Assembly (NCBI GenBank): GCA_031413115.1
Contig: JANOEH010000170.1
Coordinates: 1 to 62,675 of the forward strand
Direction of reading: 5' to 3'
DNA from: Candidatus Eiseniibacteriota bacterium
GTDB taxonomy: Bacteria; Eisenbacteria; RBG-16-71-46; DASYSL01
Length of the DNA: 62,675 nucleotides
The number at the start of each line of letters is the position of its first letter. Positions within the stretch are counted from its first letter, which is position 1. Of the stretch, positions 7,996 to 17,997 are shown in pieces. The notes beneath the pieces were generated by a model, which had not been told where the DNA came from, made no database searches, and saw nothing but the letters and a program-made list of their open reading frames with translations. Position numbers and translations under genes: made by a program.

Positions 7996-9741
7996 ATGGG
8001 CGGTTTCATCAAGATGGTGTTCGCCTCGCTGTTCGCGCTGCTGCTGTTCATCGTCGGCGGCATTCTCCTCCTCGGGCTGATCGCCGCCGGCGGGAAGAAG
8101 ACCACGATCCCGGCGCACTCCACGCTTCTGCTGACGGTGCCGGCCTCCCTGGCCGACTTTCCGTCCGGCAGCGAGGCACCGTTCGGCGATGCCGAGACGA
8201 CCCTGCATGACCTGCGCATGAACCTGCGCAAGGCGACCGTCGACAAGCGCGTCGATCGCGTCGTGCTCCAGCTCGGCATCACCGATGCGGGCTGGGCCAA
8301 GATGGGCGAGCTGCGCCAGGAGATCGCGCGGGTCCGTGCAGCAGGCAAGCCGGTCTACGCCTATTGCGACTGGCTCACCTTCCGCAACTATTACCTCGCC
8401 TCCGCGTGCGACTCGATCTTCGCGGCCCCGGACGCATTCATCGTCTTCGACGGCGTCAACGCCGAGCGGCAGTTCCACAAGGCCATGTGGGACAAGCTGG
8501 GCGTCAACTTCCGCGTGCACAAGATCGAGGCCTACAAGGCCGCAGGCGAGATCGACATCCGCACCGAGATGTCCCCCGAGGCGCGCGAGAACGCACAGTG
8601 GATCCTCGACGAGACGATGGCCATGGTGCGCGACGCCGTGATCGCCGATCGCAAGCAGGGCGCGGCCTGGTTCGAAGCGCGCCTCGCCGAGGTCGGCCCG
8701 CGGGCTGCCGAGGCGAAGGCGTCGGGCCTGATCGACGACGTCGTCTACTGGAACGACCTCAAGGATCGCTGGCAGGGCCCCGACGTGGCCAAGGGCAAGA
8801 ACCGGATCGTCACGGGCGCGAAGTACGCGGCGATCCCGGCCGCATCGGTCGGCCTGCGGGGCAAGACCAAGGTCGCGGTCATCCACGCCCAGGGTGCGAT
8901 CGGCGGCGCCAAGTCGGGCCCGAACCCGATCCTCGGCGGCAACACGATGGGCTCCGAGACGATCAACAAGGAGCTGCGCCGAGTCGCCGAGGACGCGACG
9001 GTCGACGCCGTGGTGTTCCGCGTCGACAGCCCCGGGGGGGCGACCTACACGAGCGACATCATCCGTCACCAGGTGGCGATGCTCGAGGCGAAGAAGCCGC
9101 TCGTCGTCTCGATGGGTGACGCGGCCGCATCCGGCGGCTACATGATCTCCTACCCGTGCTCGATGCTGGTCGCCAACCCGGCCACGCGCACCGGCTCGAT
9201 CGGCTCGATCTTCTCGGTCCCGAACGCCGCCGGGCTCATGGGCAAGCTCGGCCTGAGCTATGACCGCATCACCTACGGCCCGCACGCGACGATGACCTCG
9301 CTGGTCGGCCCATGGAGCGCCGAGGAGGAGTCGATCGTCGTCCGCCAGCACTGGAAGGGCTACAACGAGTGGGTCACGGACATCGCCCGCGTGCGCGGCA
9401 TGACGTTCACGCAGGTCGACACGATCGGGCGCGGGCGCGTGTGGACCGGGCGGCAGGCGCTGGCGCGCGGCCTCGTCGACTCGCTCGGCACGCTCGACGA
9501 CGCGATCGCGATCGCGGCCTCGATGGCAGGCGCGAAGGCCGGCGAGAAGATCAGCGAGGTGCACTATCCGAAGCAGCAGACCTTCGTCGAGGCGCTGCAG
9601 GCCGGCGACTTCATGATGGCGCGCCGCATCCTCGCCCGTGCGATCTGGCACGAGGCCGAGATCGCCGTCGACGAGACGATCGAGAGCACGACGGCGCTCA
9701 CGATCGGTGATCTCGCCATCGAGGAGACGTTGCTGCCTTGA
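7996..9741 (+). CDS. sppA: signal peptide peptidase SppA, long (67K) two-domain type
   Basis: The N-terminal TM segment is [27 protein letters not shown]. There are two S49 halves, the second carrying [20 protein letters not shown] lies 5 nt upstream of the ATG at 7996. An alternative in-frame ATG at 7936 lies 8 nt after a TAGAGT box. Confidence 0.85.
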   Translation: MGGFIKMVFASLFALLLFIVGGILLLGLIAAGGKKTTIPAHSTLLLTVPASLADFPSGSEAPFGDAETTLHDLRMNLRKATVDKRVDRVVLQLGITDAGWAKMGELRQEIARVRAAGKPVYAYCDWLTFRNYYLASACDSIFAAPDAFIVFDGVNAERQFHKAMWDKLGVNFRVHKIEAYKAAGEIDIRTEMSPEARENAQWILDETMAMVRDAVIADRKQGAAWFEARLAEVGPRAAEAKASGLIDDVVYWNDLKDRWQGPDVAKGKNRIVTGAKYAAIPAASVGLRGKTKVAVIHAQGAIGGAKSGPNPILGGNTMGSETINKELRRVAEDATVDAVVFRVDSPGGATYTSDIIRHQVAMLEAKKPLVVSMGDAAASGGYMISYPCSMLVANPATRTGSIGSIFSVPNAAGLMGKLGLSYDRITYGPHATMTSLVGPWSAEEESIVVRQHWKGYNEWVTDIARVRGMTFTQVDTIGRGRVWTGRQALARGLVDSLGTLDDAIAIAASMAGAKAGEKISEVHYPKQQTFVEALQAGDFMMARRILARAIWHEAEIAVDETIESTTALTIGDLAIEETLLP

Positions 9742-10970
9742 AGCACGCCCGTTCCGCCGCGAGATCGACGACTGCACGGCTCTTCGTCGGCTTCGTCGTC
9801 AGCCTTGGACTCGGCGGCTCGGCCGCGGCCGCCGAGAAGTCCGCATTCACGGCGACCGACGCCTATGCCGTCGCACCGCCCACGAAACCGTGGCTGCGCA
9901 CGGCGGGCCTGGAGCCGGCCGGCCTGATGTCGTGGTCGATCGGCAAGCCGGGCCAGGCGCAGGCGCTCCTCCGCGTCGACTACGAGGGCGTGCTGGCGCC
10001 GGACCGCGCCACGGCGTACTCGGTCCTGCTGCGCCGCGCGCGGGCGAGCATCCGCGAGACGCTCGACGGCCGCAATGACGTCGAGCGCAGCGAGTTCCAG
10101 CCCGACTCCATGCTCATCGCGGGCGGCCTCGCCTGGCGCGGGTTCCGGGTCGACCTGAGCACGTCGACGCTGCGCGGCTCGTCGTGGCGCTGGTACGCGC
10201 TCCATCCCGATTTCCCGCGCCGCCGCACCGCGTTCCTGATCATCTACGAGGAGACGACGCCGCTGCGCGCGACACCGCTCGATCGCGTGGCCGACGCGCG
10301 CACGCTCGCGCGCTCGCTCCGCGGGCAGGGCAATGGCCTGGCCGGGGACCTGGCCGACGCGTGGCTCGATGCGCGCGCGCTGGCGTTCGCCGCGCGCGTC
10401 GACTCGGCGCAGACGCTGTGCTGGACGACGCGCCCCGAGGGCCTGCGCGGGGCCAGCCACCTGGGCTACGCGTTGTCCGCCGCCGGCGACGGCGACTTCT
10501 TCCAGATCACGGGGCCGCCCGCGGCCGATAGCCTCGCCGACCCCGCGCCGGCGGAGTATGGCGTCACCTTCGACCGCAATGGGGACGGACGTCCCGACCT
10601 CGTCGTCGTCAATCGGGGCGTGCATCCGTTCGTCGGCAATGCGCAGCAACCCACGGTCGCCATCGTGGCCGACGACGACTTCGATGGCCTGAGCGACGCC
10701 GCGATGGTCGAGGACGTCGATGCCGACGGGGATGGGCGGGTCGAGGCGCGACTTCGCATGGAGCAGCGCGGCACGACGCAGACCTTCACGGACGCCATGC
10801 GCCACGACGGCAAGAACCGGGGCAAGGACGTCGACGTGTCGAAGGGCGCGATCACGGTCGGCCGCCTCGGGCTGCCCGCGGGAGGGACCGACTTCATGCA
10901 GGTCTTCCGCTCCGCGGGGCCTCACTTCTCCGAGCTCGCGGCCGCGCGCGCCACCTGCGTCGCCCGCTGA
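9738..10970 (+). CDS. hypothetical secreted protein with Asp-rich calcium-binding-like loops
   Basis: 410 aa. The TTG start overlaps the sppA stop (TTGA). The signal peptide is LFVGFVVSLGLGGSAAAAE. The loops DRNGDGRPDLVVVN and DVDADGDGRVE resemble FG-GAP or EF-hand-like loops. I recognised no family. Confidence 0.55.
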   Translation: MKHARSAARSTTARLFVGFVVSLGLGGSAAAAEKSAFTATDAYAVAPPTKPWLRTAGLEPAGLMSWSIGKPGQAQALLRVDYEGVLAPDRATAYSVLLRRARASIRETLDGRNDVERSEFQPDSMLIAGGLAWRGFRVDLSTSTLRGSSWRWYALHPDFPRRRTAFLIIYEETTPLRATPLDRVADARTLARSLRGQGNGLAGDLADAWLDARALAFAARVDSAQTLCWTTRPEGLRGASHLGYALSAAGDGDFFQITGPPAADSLADPAPAEYGVTFDRNGDGRPDLVVVNRGVHPFVGNAQQPTVAIVADDDFDGLSDAAMVEDVDADGDGRVEARLRMEQRGTTQTFTDAMRHDGKNRGKDVDVSKGAITVGRLGLPAGGTDFMQVFRSAGPHFSELAAARATCVAR

Positions 10971-10977
10971 GCCGCCG

Positions 10978-12909
10978 ATGATCCAGCTCCACGACATCCG
11001 CTATGCGATCGGTTCGCGCATCCTGTTCGAGGACCTCTCGTGGGTGCTCGCCGCAGGCGATCGCGTCGCGCTGGTCGGGCCCAACGGCGCCGGCAAGACG
11101 ACGCTGCTCAAGATCATCCTGGGTGAGATCCGGCCGGAGGCGGGCAACCGCGTGCTCACGCGCGGCACGCGCCTCGGTTACCTGCCGCAGGAGGCCGCCG
11201 AGAAGTTCGACGGCACCGTGCTCGATCGCGCGCTCGAGGCGCACCGTGCCGTGCTCGACATGCGCGAGGAACTCGACACACTGCACCAGCGCCTCGCCGG
11301 CATCGCCCCCGAGGATCCCGAGCTGGAACCGCTGCTCGAGCGCACGGGTGATCTCCAGCATCACCTCGACCTCCACGAGGAGCACGCCATGGTGCCCGAG
11401 GCACGACGGGTTCTGTCGGGCCTCGGCTTCTCGACCGCCGACCAGGACCGCCCGCTCGAGCAGTTCTCGGGCGGCTGGCGCATGCGCGCCACGCTCGCGG
11501 CGCTGCTGCTCACCGACCCGACGTTGTTGTTCCTCGACGAGCCGACGAACCACCTCGACCTGCCCGCCATGGAGTGGCTCGAGGAGTACCTCGAGTCGTT
11601 CCGCGGCGGCCTCGTCGTCGTGTCGCACGACCGTGTGTTCCTCGACCGTATCGCCGACACGGTGCGCGAGCTCGATCGCGGCACCATGACCGAGTACCAG
11701 ATGTCGTTCACCCACTACCTGCTCGAACGCGAGGCGCGGCGCGACCGCGTCGAGGCGCAGAACGAGCAGATCACCAAGCGCGTGGCCGAGCTGCAGCGTT
11801 TCGTCGACCGCTTCGGCGCGAAGAACACGAAGGCGACGCAGGCCCAGAGCAAACGCAAGATGATCGAGCGCCTGGCCGCGCAACGCACGGTGCTGCCGCG
11901 CAAGCCCAAGTCGATCCGCTTCTCCTTCCCGGCGCCGCCGCACTCGGGCCGGACACTGGTGCGCCTGCGCGAGGCCGCATTCGGCTACGACGTGGCGCGC
12001 GACATCTTCGCCGACGCCAACGTCGACCTGGAGAAGGGGGACAAGATCGCGATCGTCGGCGCCAACGGCGCCGGCAAGACGACGCTCCTGCGCATGATCG
12101 CCGGCCAGCTCGCGCCGCGCGCGGGGGCGCTCGAGGTTCCGGCGCACACGAAGATGGCGTACTTCGCACAGCACGCCGCCGAGGTGCTCGAAGGCAAGCT
12201 CACCGTCCTCGAGTCGCTCGAAGAGGTTGCTTCGAACGACTGGCGACCACGCCTGCGCGGCCTCCTGGGGAGCTTCCTGTTCGAGGGCGACGACGTGTTC
12301 AAGCCGGTGCGCGTGCTGTCGGGCGGCGAGCGGCAACGCGTCGCGCTGGCGCGCATCCTGCTCACGCCCGCGAATCTTCTGCTGCTCGACGAGCCAACGC
12401 ATCATCTCGACCTGGCGGGCAAGGACGTGCTCGAGACCGCGCTCTCGACGTACCCCGGCGCGATCGTCGTGGTCACGCACGATCGATCGCTCATGGCCAG
12501 CCTCGCCAGCCGCATCATCGAGGTCGACGGCGGCAAGGTGCGCCTCTACCCGGGCGGCTACGACGACTACGAATCCGCGCGCGTGGCGCGGGCCGCCGGC
12601 GAGCCCGAGCCTGGCGCCGCGAAAGCGATGGCGCAGCCATTCACGCCGGCGAAGGCCTTGCCCGTCGCCGCGAAGGCGACCGCAAACATCGACCGCCGCA
12701 ACGCAGCCGACGAGAAGAAGCGCCAGAAGGAAACCGCGCGCCTCGAACTGGAGATCGAGACGCGCGAGAAAGATGTCAAGGAAGTGGAGGCGCTGCTCGC
12801 CGATCCCGACGTGTACGCCGATGGCGCCCGCGCGAAGGACCTGGTGAAGCGCTACGAGGCCCTGCGCGCCGAACTCGACGCGCTCTGGCTCAAGCTGGGC
12901 GAGGTTTGA
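10978..12909 (+). CDS. ABC-F family ATPase (two ABC cassettes, no membrane domain)
   Basis: The ATG at 10978 is in frame with track ORF 10720..12909. Cassette 1: GPNGAGKTTLLKI, LSGGWRMR, LLFLDEPTNHLD. Cassette 2: GANGAGKTTLLRM, LSGGERQRVALA, LLLLDEPTHHLD. The C-terminus is a charged coiled coil. Confidence 0.9.
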   Translation: MIQLHDIRYAIGSRILFEDLSWVLAAGDRVALVGPNGAGKTTLLKIILGEIRPEAGNRVLTRGTRLGYLPQEAAEKFDGTVLDRALEAHRAVLDMREELDTLHQRLAGIAPEDPELEPLLERTGDLQHHLDLHEEHAMVPEARRVLSGLGFSTADQDRPLEQFSGGWRMRATLAALLLTDPTLLFLDEPTNHLDLPAMEWLEEYLESFRGGLVVVSHDRVFLDRIADTVRELDRGTMTEYQMSFTHYLLEREARRDRVEAQNEQITKRVAELQRFVDRFGAKNTKATQAQSKRKMIERLAAQRTVLPRKPKSIRFSFPAPPHSGRTLVRLREAAFGYDVARDIFADANVDLEKGDKIAIVGANGAGKTTLLRMIAGQLAPRAGALEVPAHTKMAYFAQHAAEVLEGKLTVLESLEEVASNDWRPRLRGLLGSFLFEGDDVFKPVRVLSGGERQRVALARILLTPANLLLLDEPTHHLDLAGKDVLETALSTYPGAIVVVTHDRSLMASLASRIIEVDGGKVRLYPGGYDDYESARVARAAGEPEPGAAKAMAQPFTPAKALPVAAKATANIDRRNAADEKKRQKETARLELEIETREKDVKEVEALLADPDVYADGARAKDLVKRYEALRAELDALWLKLGEV

Positions 12910-12919
12910 CCCCGCGACG

Positions 12920-14410
12920 TTAAATCCTGCGCCGGCCCCGACGCCCCGTGTCGGCGGTCTTGGGCTTGCGCCCCTCGAATCCAGGCCGACCCGCGGGCGT
13001 TGCGGCGCGCGAAGCACCGCTGCCACTCGAGCCCGTGCTGCCCGCACCGCCGCTCGCCGAGCCGCCGCCGGAGCCGCCGCTGGCGCCGTACGTGCGCACC
13101 ACGCTCACTCCCTGCGTACTGCCCGGCCGACCACCGCGACTGCCGCCGCCGCCAGCACCACTGCGTGCGCCGCGACCGCCAGCACCATCGCGACCCCGAC
13201 CACCACCGCCACCACCGCTGCGACCACCCGAGGCGCCTTCCCTGAAGTGACTGCTGCCGAGGCCGGCCAGCTTCGCGGGCGGACCCGCCTTGTAGTCGAA
13301 GTCCGGGAAGATCACGCGCGGGATCGCCTTGCCGAGGAAGCGCTCGATGGCGGTCAGGTCCTTCGCCTCTTCCGGCGACATCAGCGTGAACGCATCGCCC
13401 AGCGCGTCGACACGACCCGTGCGGCCGATGCGGTGCACGTAGTCCTCGGGCGTGTGCGGCACGTCGTAGTTGACCACGTGCGTGATGTCGGTGACGTCGA
13501 TGCCGCGCGAGGCAATGTCGGTCGCCACCAGCACCTGCACCTTGCCGCGGCGCAGGTCGGACAGCGCGCGCTCGCGCTGGCCCTGCGTGCGGTCGCCGTG
13601 CAGCGCCGCGACCGAGTGGCCGAGGCGGTCGAGCTGGCGCGCGAGGCGATCAGCACCGTGCTTGGTACGCGAGAACACGATCACGCTGCCCACGCCGTGC
13701 ATGCGCAGCAGCTCGTCGAGCAGCGGGGTCTTCAGGTGCTTGACGACGGGATAGACGGCCTGCGTGATGCCGGCCGCCGGCCGAGTCGACGGCGCCAGGT
13801 CCACGCGACCGGGGTCGCGCATCGCCTGCTTGGCGACCTTGTTGAGGTCGGGCGGCATGGTCGCCGAGAACATGAGCGTCTGCCGGTCGTCGGGCAGCAG
13901 GCGGAGGATGCGGTTCAAGTCCGGCGCGAAGCCCATGTCGACCATGCGGTCGGCTTCGTCGAGGACCAGCACCTGCACCTCGTCGAGCGCCAGGCTCTGG
14001 CGGCCGTACAGGTCGAGCAGACGACCCGGCGTGGCGATGAGCAGGTCGAGACCCGGATTGCGCAACATGCGCTCCTGGGGGCCGATCGGCACGCCGCCAT
14101 AGACCACTCCGACCTTGAGCGGCGTGAAGCGCGCATAGTCGCGGGCGTTGGTCTCGATCTGGGCGGCAAGCTCGCGGGTCGGCGTGAGGACGAGTGCGCG
14201 CAGGCGCTCACCCCCCTCAAGCAGGCGGGCGAGGATGGGCAGCAGGAAGGCTGCGGTCTTGCCGGTTCCGGTCTGGGCGGCGCCGATCAGATCGCGGCCG
14301 GTCAGGATCATCGGAATCGTCTTCGCCTGGATCGGCGTGGGTTGCGTGTAACCGGCGGCGCGCACGCCCTTGAGAATGGGTGCGGGCAGGCCGAGTGCTT
14401 CGAATCCCAG
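12920..14410 (-). CDS. DEAD-box ATP-dependent RNA helicase (RhlE-like) with a Gly/Arg/Ser-rich C-terminal tail
   Basis: Motifs seen: Q-motif FEALGLPAPILKGVRAAGYTQPTPIQ, AQTGTGKTAAFLLPIL, VLDEADRM, SAT, ASRGIDV, HRIGRTGR. The start is uncertain. There is no in-frame ATG, GTG or TTG between a perfect AGGAGG (rc of 14415-14420) and the Q-motif, so I placed it at the CTG at 14410. Confidence 0.85.
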   Translation of the reverse strand: MGFEALGLPAPILKGVRAAGYTQPTPIQAKTIPMILTGRDLIGAAQTGTGKTAAFLLPILARLLEGGERLRALVLTPTRELAAQIETNARDYARFTPLKVGVVYGGVPIGPQERMLRNPGLDLLIATPGRLLDLYGRQSLALDEVQVLVLDEADRMVDMGFAPDLNRILRLLPDDRQTLMFSATMPPDLNKVAKQAMRDPGRVDLAPSTRPAAGITQAVYPVVKHLKTPLLDELLRMHGVGSVIVFSRTKHGADRLARQLDRLGHSVAALHGDRTQGQRERALSDLRRGKVQVLVATDIASRGIDVTDITHVVNYDVPHTPEDYVHRIGRTGRVDALGDAFTLMSPEEAKDLTAIERFLGKAIPRVIFPDFDYKAGPPAKLAGLGSSHFREGASGGRSGGGGGGRGRDGAGGRGARSGAGGGGSRGGRPGSTQGVSVVRTYGASGGSGGGSASGGAGSTGSSGSGASRAATPAGRPGFEGRKPKTADTGRRGRRRI

Positions 14411-14475
14411 AAAACCTCCTACGGTCGTTGGGGTATGCCGCAGGGTACCACGTCCACCGCGGGGTCGGGGCGGCG

Positions 14476-14484
14476 TGCTAGATT
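14476..14484 (+). promoter_or_regulatory. extended -10-like box TGcTAGATT, leaderless-type promoter candidate for the DUF3465 operon
   Basis: TAGATT at 14479-14484 is preceded by TGc. Seven nt (gcccgac) separate it from the ATG at 14492, with no Shine-Dalgarno sequence. Confidence 0.3.
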
Positions 14485-14491
14485 GCCCGAC

Positions 14492-14995
14492 ATGCGTGTT
14501 CTTGCGGCATTTCTGCTGGTCGGGGCCCTGCTCGGGGGCGGGTGCGCCGACCCGGCGAAGTCTCCGGAGTCGCTGAGAAGCTCTCCCGCTCCTTCGGGCC
14601 CGGACGCCGCGATGCTCCCGGCATCCACGGTTGCTCCATTCCCGATTCCCGACGGCTTCCCCCGCAAGGGAGTCACTCCGCAGGTCGCTTTCAACGAGAA
14701 GCGGGACGGTGCCTGGGTCGTCGGGACGGGCACAGTAGAACGGATCCTCCGCGATGACACGAAGGCCCCCCGGCATCAGCGCTTCGTCGTCGAGATCGTC
14801 CCGGGACAGACCATGCTTGTCGCCCACAATATCGACTTCGCCCCGCGCGTGCCCTTGAAGCCGGGCGACACCATCGCGTTCCGCGGCGAGTACGTCTGGA
14901 ACGTCCAGGGCGGAGTCCTCCACTGGACGCACCGCGACAAGCGCGACAAGAGCGCCGGCGGCTGGATCGTATGGAAGGGCCAGAACTTCCGATGA
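14492..14995 (+). CDS. DUF3465-family lipoprotein
   Basis: 167 aa, in frame with the tail of track ORF 13247..14995. The lipobox is LLGGGC. HQRFVVEIVPGQTMLVAHNIDFAPRVPLKPGDTIAFRGEYVWNVQGGVLHWTHRD matches my memory of the DUF3465 core. Confidence 0.7.
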   Translation: MRVLAAFLLVGALLGGGCADPAKSPESLRSSPAPSGPDAAMLPASTVAPFPIPDGFPRKGVTPQVAFNEKRDGAWVVGTGTVERILRDDTKAPRHQRFVVEIVPGQTMLVAHNIDFAPRVPLKPGDTIAFRGEYVWNVQGGVLHWTHRDKRDKSAGGWIVWKGQNFR

Positions 14996-16209
14996 GCGCC
15001 ATCGCACCCGCCGCCACCGGCCCCCTCGCCGGCCTCCTCGTCGTCGACCTGTCGCGCATCCTCGCCGGGCCGTATTGCACGATGACGCTCGGCGACCTGG
15101 GCGCGCGGGTGATCAAGGTCGAGGCGCCGCGCACCGGTGACGATACGCGCAACTGGGGTCCGCCGTTCTGGAAGGGGATCAGCACGTACTACCTCGCCAT
15201 CAACCGCAACAAGGAGAGCATCACGCTCGACCTCGACACAGCCGAGGGGCGGGACGCCCTGCGCAGGCTCGTCGAACGCGCCGACGTGCTGGTCGAGAAC
15301 TTTCGCCCGGGCACGCTCGATCGCTGGGGCTTCGACTTCGCGACCTGCAGCGCTCTCAACCCGCGGCTGGTGTACGCAAGCCTCTCGGGTTACGGCCTCG
15401 ACGGCCCCGACCGCGACCGCGCGGGTTACGATCTGATCGCCCAGGGCGAGGGGGGCGTGATGAGCGTTACCGGCGAGGCGGGCGGCTCGCCGTTCAAGGC
15501 CGGCGTGTCGCAGGCCGACATCGTGGCCGGGCTGTGGCTGCTCAGCGGGATCCTCGCCGCGCTCTACGCCCGAGAGAAGAGCGGCCGCGGGCAGCGCGTG
15601 GACACCTCGCTGCTCGACGGACAGATCGGCCTGCTCACCTACCACGCGACGAACACCTGGGCCACGGGCGAGGCACCCGTGCAGCTCGGCAATCGACATC
15701 CGAACCTCATGCCCTACGGAACGTTTCGCTGCCGCGACGCGTGGATCACGATCGGCGCCGGCAACGACGCGCTCTTCGGAGCACTGTGCCGCGCGCTCGG
15801 CGACGCGACCAACGACCTGCCCGCCGACCCGCGCTTCGCGACCGGCCCGGCGCGTGTCGAGCATCGCGCCGCGCTCGATGCCGCGCTCGACGCCGCACTC
15901 GTCGAGCTCGACGCCGACGACGCGCTCGCTCGCCTGCGCGCCGCCGGCGTGCCCAGCGGACGCGTCCGCACCGTGCCCGAGGCGCTGGCCGACCCGCAGG
16001 TCGTCGCACGTGAAATGGTCGTGGCGCTGCCGCATCCGACGATTGCGGATTTCCGCGTGACCGGGCTGCCGATCAAGCTGTCGGCCACGCCCGGAGCCCC
16101 GCGCACCGCGCCGCCCCCACTCGGCGCCGACACCGATGCGGTGCTCGCCGAACTCGGCTACGACGCCGCGTCGATCGCGCGCCTGCGCGCCGCGGGAGCG
16201 CTCGGATGA
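14992..16209 (+). CDS. family III CoA-transferase (CaiB/BaiF/Frc type)
   Basis: The ATG at 14992 overlaps the previous stop (ATGA). Motifs seen: GPLAGLLVVDLSRILAGPYCTMTLGDLGARVIKVE and GYDLIAQGEGGVMSVTG. Confidence 0.9.
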   Translation: MSAIAPAATGPLAGLLVVDLSRILAGPYCTMTLGDLGARVIKVEAPRTGDDTRNWGPPFWKGISTYYLAINRNKESITLDLDTAEGRDALRRLVERADVLVENFRPGTLDRWGFDFATCSALNPRLVYASLSGYGLDGPDRDRAGYDLIAQGEGGVMSVTGEAGGSPFKAGVSQADIVAGLWLLSGILAALYAREKSGRGQRVDTSLLDGQIGLLTYHATNTWATGEAPVQLGNRHPNLMPYGTFRCRDAWITIGAGNDALFGALCRALGDATNDLPADPRFATGPARVEHRAALDAALDAALVELDADDALARLRAAGVPSGRVRTVPEALADPQVVAREMVVALPHPTIADFRVTGLPIKLSATPGAPRTAPPPLGADTDAVLAELGYDAASIARLRAAGALG

Positions 16210-17198
16210 GTCCGGTCGCCGACACGCCGCTCGCCACGATCGCGCTCGCCCGCTGTCCCGGCTGCGGGCGCAGCGAAGGCCACGGCGCCGACGCGCGGGC
16301 CGGCTACCGTCCGCTGCCGTTCGCGTACCGCTTCGCCGGCGCCACGTTCCCCGGCGGCGCGTGCCCGCGGTGCGGCCTGCGCGGCCTCACCGTGCAGCCC
16401 GCGGCGCACGAGTTCGGGCGGCTCTATGCGCGCGAGTACTTCAGCAGCGGCGACGTGCGCTGCGGCCACATGGGCGACTACTTCCTCGAGCGCACCGCGC
16501 TGCTGGGCGACGCAATGGCGCTGCTCGCCGACGCACTCGACCGCGCGGTCGCGCGCGCCACCGGCGGCCGACCCGGACGCTTGCTCGAGCTCGGCTGTGC
16601 CACCGGCGTGCTGCTCGAGGCCGCGCAGCGCCGCGGCTGGACCGTACAAGGTGTCGAGTACTCGGCGGACGCGGCGACCGAGGCGAAGCGCTACGGCGTG
16701 CCGGTGTTCGTCGGCGCGCTCGCCGACGCGCACCTCGACGCCGCATCGTTCGACGTCGCGTTCCTCGGCGACGTGCTCGAGCACGTGCCCGATCCGGCCG
16801 CCGTGCTGCGCGAGGTGGCACGCGTGCTCGCGCCGGGCGGCGCGCTCGTCCTGCGCGGGCCGATGGCCACGAACTCGCTGGCGCGGCGTCTTGGCCTGGC
16901 CGCGCAGCAAGCCCTCGGTCGCACGTGGCAGCTCGACGAGCCGCCGTATCACCTGTGGGAGTTCACGCCCGGCCCGTTGCGCGCGCTGGTCACGACCTCG
17001 GGGCTCACCGTCGAATCGTTCATCCAGTCGAAGACGCCCCCGTCGCGCACGCGCCGTCGCGATCCCGTGACCGGGACCGTGCTGTCCGCGCTCGATACGC
17101 TGAACGTCACGTGGACGCAGTCGACCAACGCGCTCGGCGATCGTTGCATGGTCGTCGCACGAAAGCCGGCACACGCCGGCGGCGGGGAGTCACGATGA
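16206..17198 (+). CDS. class I SAM-dependent methyltransferase with an N-terminal Cys4 zinc-ribbon-like segment
   Basis: 330 aa with an ATGA overlap to the previous gene. The Cys pairs are CPGCG...CPRCG. The SAM motif I is LLELGCATGVLLEAA, and FDVAFLGDVLEHVPDP is also present. Confidence 0.8.
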   Translation: MSPVADTPLATIALARCPGCGRSEGHGADARAGYRPLPFAYRFAGATFPGGACPRCGLRGLTVQPAAHEFGRLYAREYFSSGDVRCGHMGDYFLERTALLGDAMALLADALDRAVARATGGRPGRLLELGCATGVLLEAAQRRGWTVQGVEYSADAATEAKRYGVPVFVGALADAHLDAASFDVAFLGDVLEHVPDPAAVLREVARVLAPGGALVLRGPMATNSLARRLGLAAQQALGRTWQLDEPPYHLWEFTPGPLRALVTTSGLTVESFIQSKTPPSRTRRRDPVTGTVLSALDTLNVTWTQSTNALGDRCMVVARKPAHAGGGESR

Positions 17199-17980
17199 AG
17201 CTGCGCGCCGCGCTCGTCGGCCTCGTCGGTGGGCTCACCAGCGGGCTTTTGGGCGTGGGCGGCGGCATCGTGCTCGTGCCGATGCTGACGAAGTTCCTGG
17301 GCCTCGACCAGAAGCGCGCCCAGGCCACCTCGCTGGCGATCCTCGTCTTCACGGCGAGTGCCGCGGCGATCGCCTACCGGATCGCCGGGCCGGTTGACCT
17401 GAGGCTCGCCGGGCTGCTCGCCCTCGGCTCGATCGTGGGAGTACGCCTGGGGACGTTGTTCTCGGTGGGCCACCCGGCGGCGGCGCTGCGCCGGATGTTC
17501 GGCGTGTTCTCGTCCGTGGTCGGCCTGCGCCTGCTGTTGCCGAACCTGCCGCAGGGAAGCTGGCTCGCGCTTCCGGGTCTCTCCGGGATGGCCATCGAGG
17601 TCGGTGTCGGCTTCGGGGTCGGCTGGCTGGCGGGGCTGCTCGGCGTGGGCGGCGGAGTGATCCTCGTCCCCATCCTCACGCTCCTGTTCGGCGTGCCGCA
17701 GCACGCGGCCCAGGGCGTGTCGTTGTTCATGATCGTCCCGACCTCGATCGTCGGCGCGTGGACGCAGGTGCGGCTCGGTGCGGTGGAGAAGCCGGTCGTC
17801 GCCCCGGTAGCGATCGCCGCGGTGATCGCCGCAGTGGGCGCCGCGGCGGTGGCACACATGCTGCCGGGAGACACGCTGCGCGTGCTGTTCGGCGTGCTGC
17901 TGGTCGTCATCGGGACTCGGATGATCCTTCACCACGGAAGCACGACGGGCCCCGTCCCGAAGGACGGAGCCCGCACATGA
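17195..17980 (+). CDS. TauE/SafE (DUF81) family anion exporter
   Basis: 261 aa with an ATGA overlap to the previous gene. The GLLGVGGGIVLVPML motif appears twice (the second as GLLGVGGGVILVPIL). The protein is polytopic. Confidence 0.85.
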   Translation: MKLRAALVGLVGGLTSGLLGVGGGIVLVPMLTKFLGLDQKRAQATSLAILVFTASAAAIAYRIAGPVDLRLAGLLALGSIVGVRLGTLFSVGHPAAALRRMFGVFSSVVGLRLLLPNLPQGSWLALPGLSGMAIEVGVGFGVGWLAGLLGVGGGVILVPILTLLFGVPQHAAQGVSLFMIVPTSIVGAWTQVRLGAVEKPVVAPVAIAAVIAAVGAAAVAHMLPGDTLRVLFGVLLVVIGTRMILHHGSTTGPVPKDGART

Positions 17981-17997
17981 AGCCACAAGCGGCGCGA

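Noticed and set aside
12920-13245. GC-rich, internally repetitive DNA (ccgccgcc and ggcggc runs) that at first looked like a tandem repeat or array.
   Set aside because: It is in frame with the helicase and encodes its Gly/Arg/Ser-rich tail (GGRSGGGGGGRGRDGAGGRGARSGAGGGGSRGGR...), a common RhlE-type low-complexity extension. There is no spacer/repeat periodicity.
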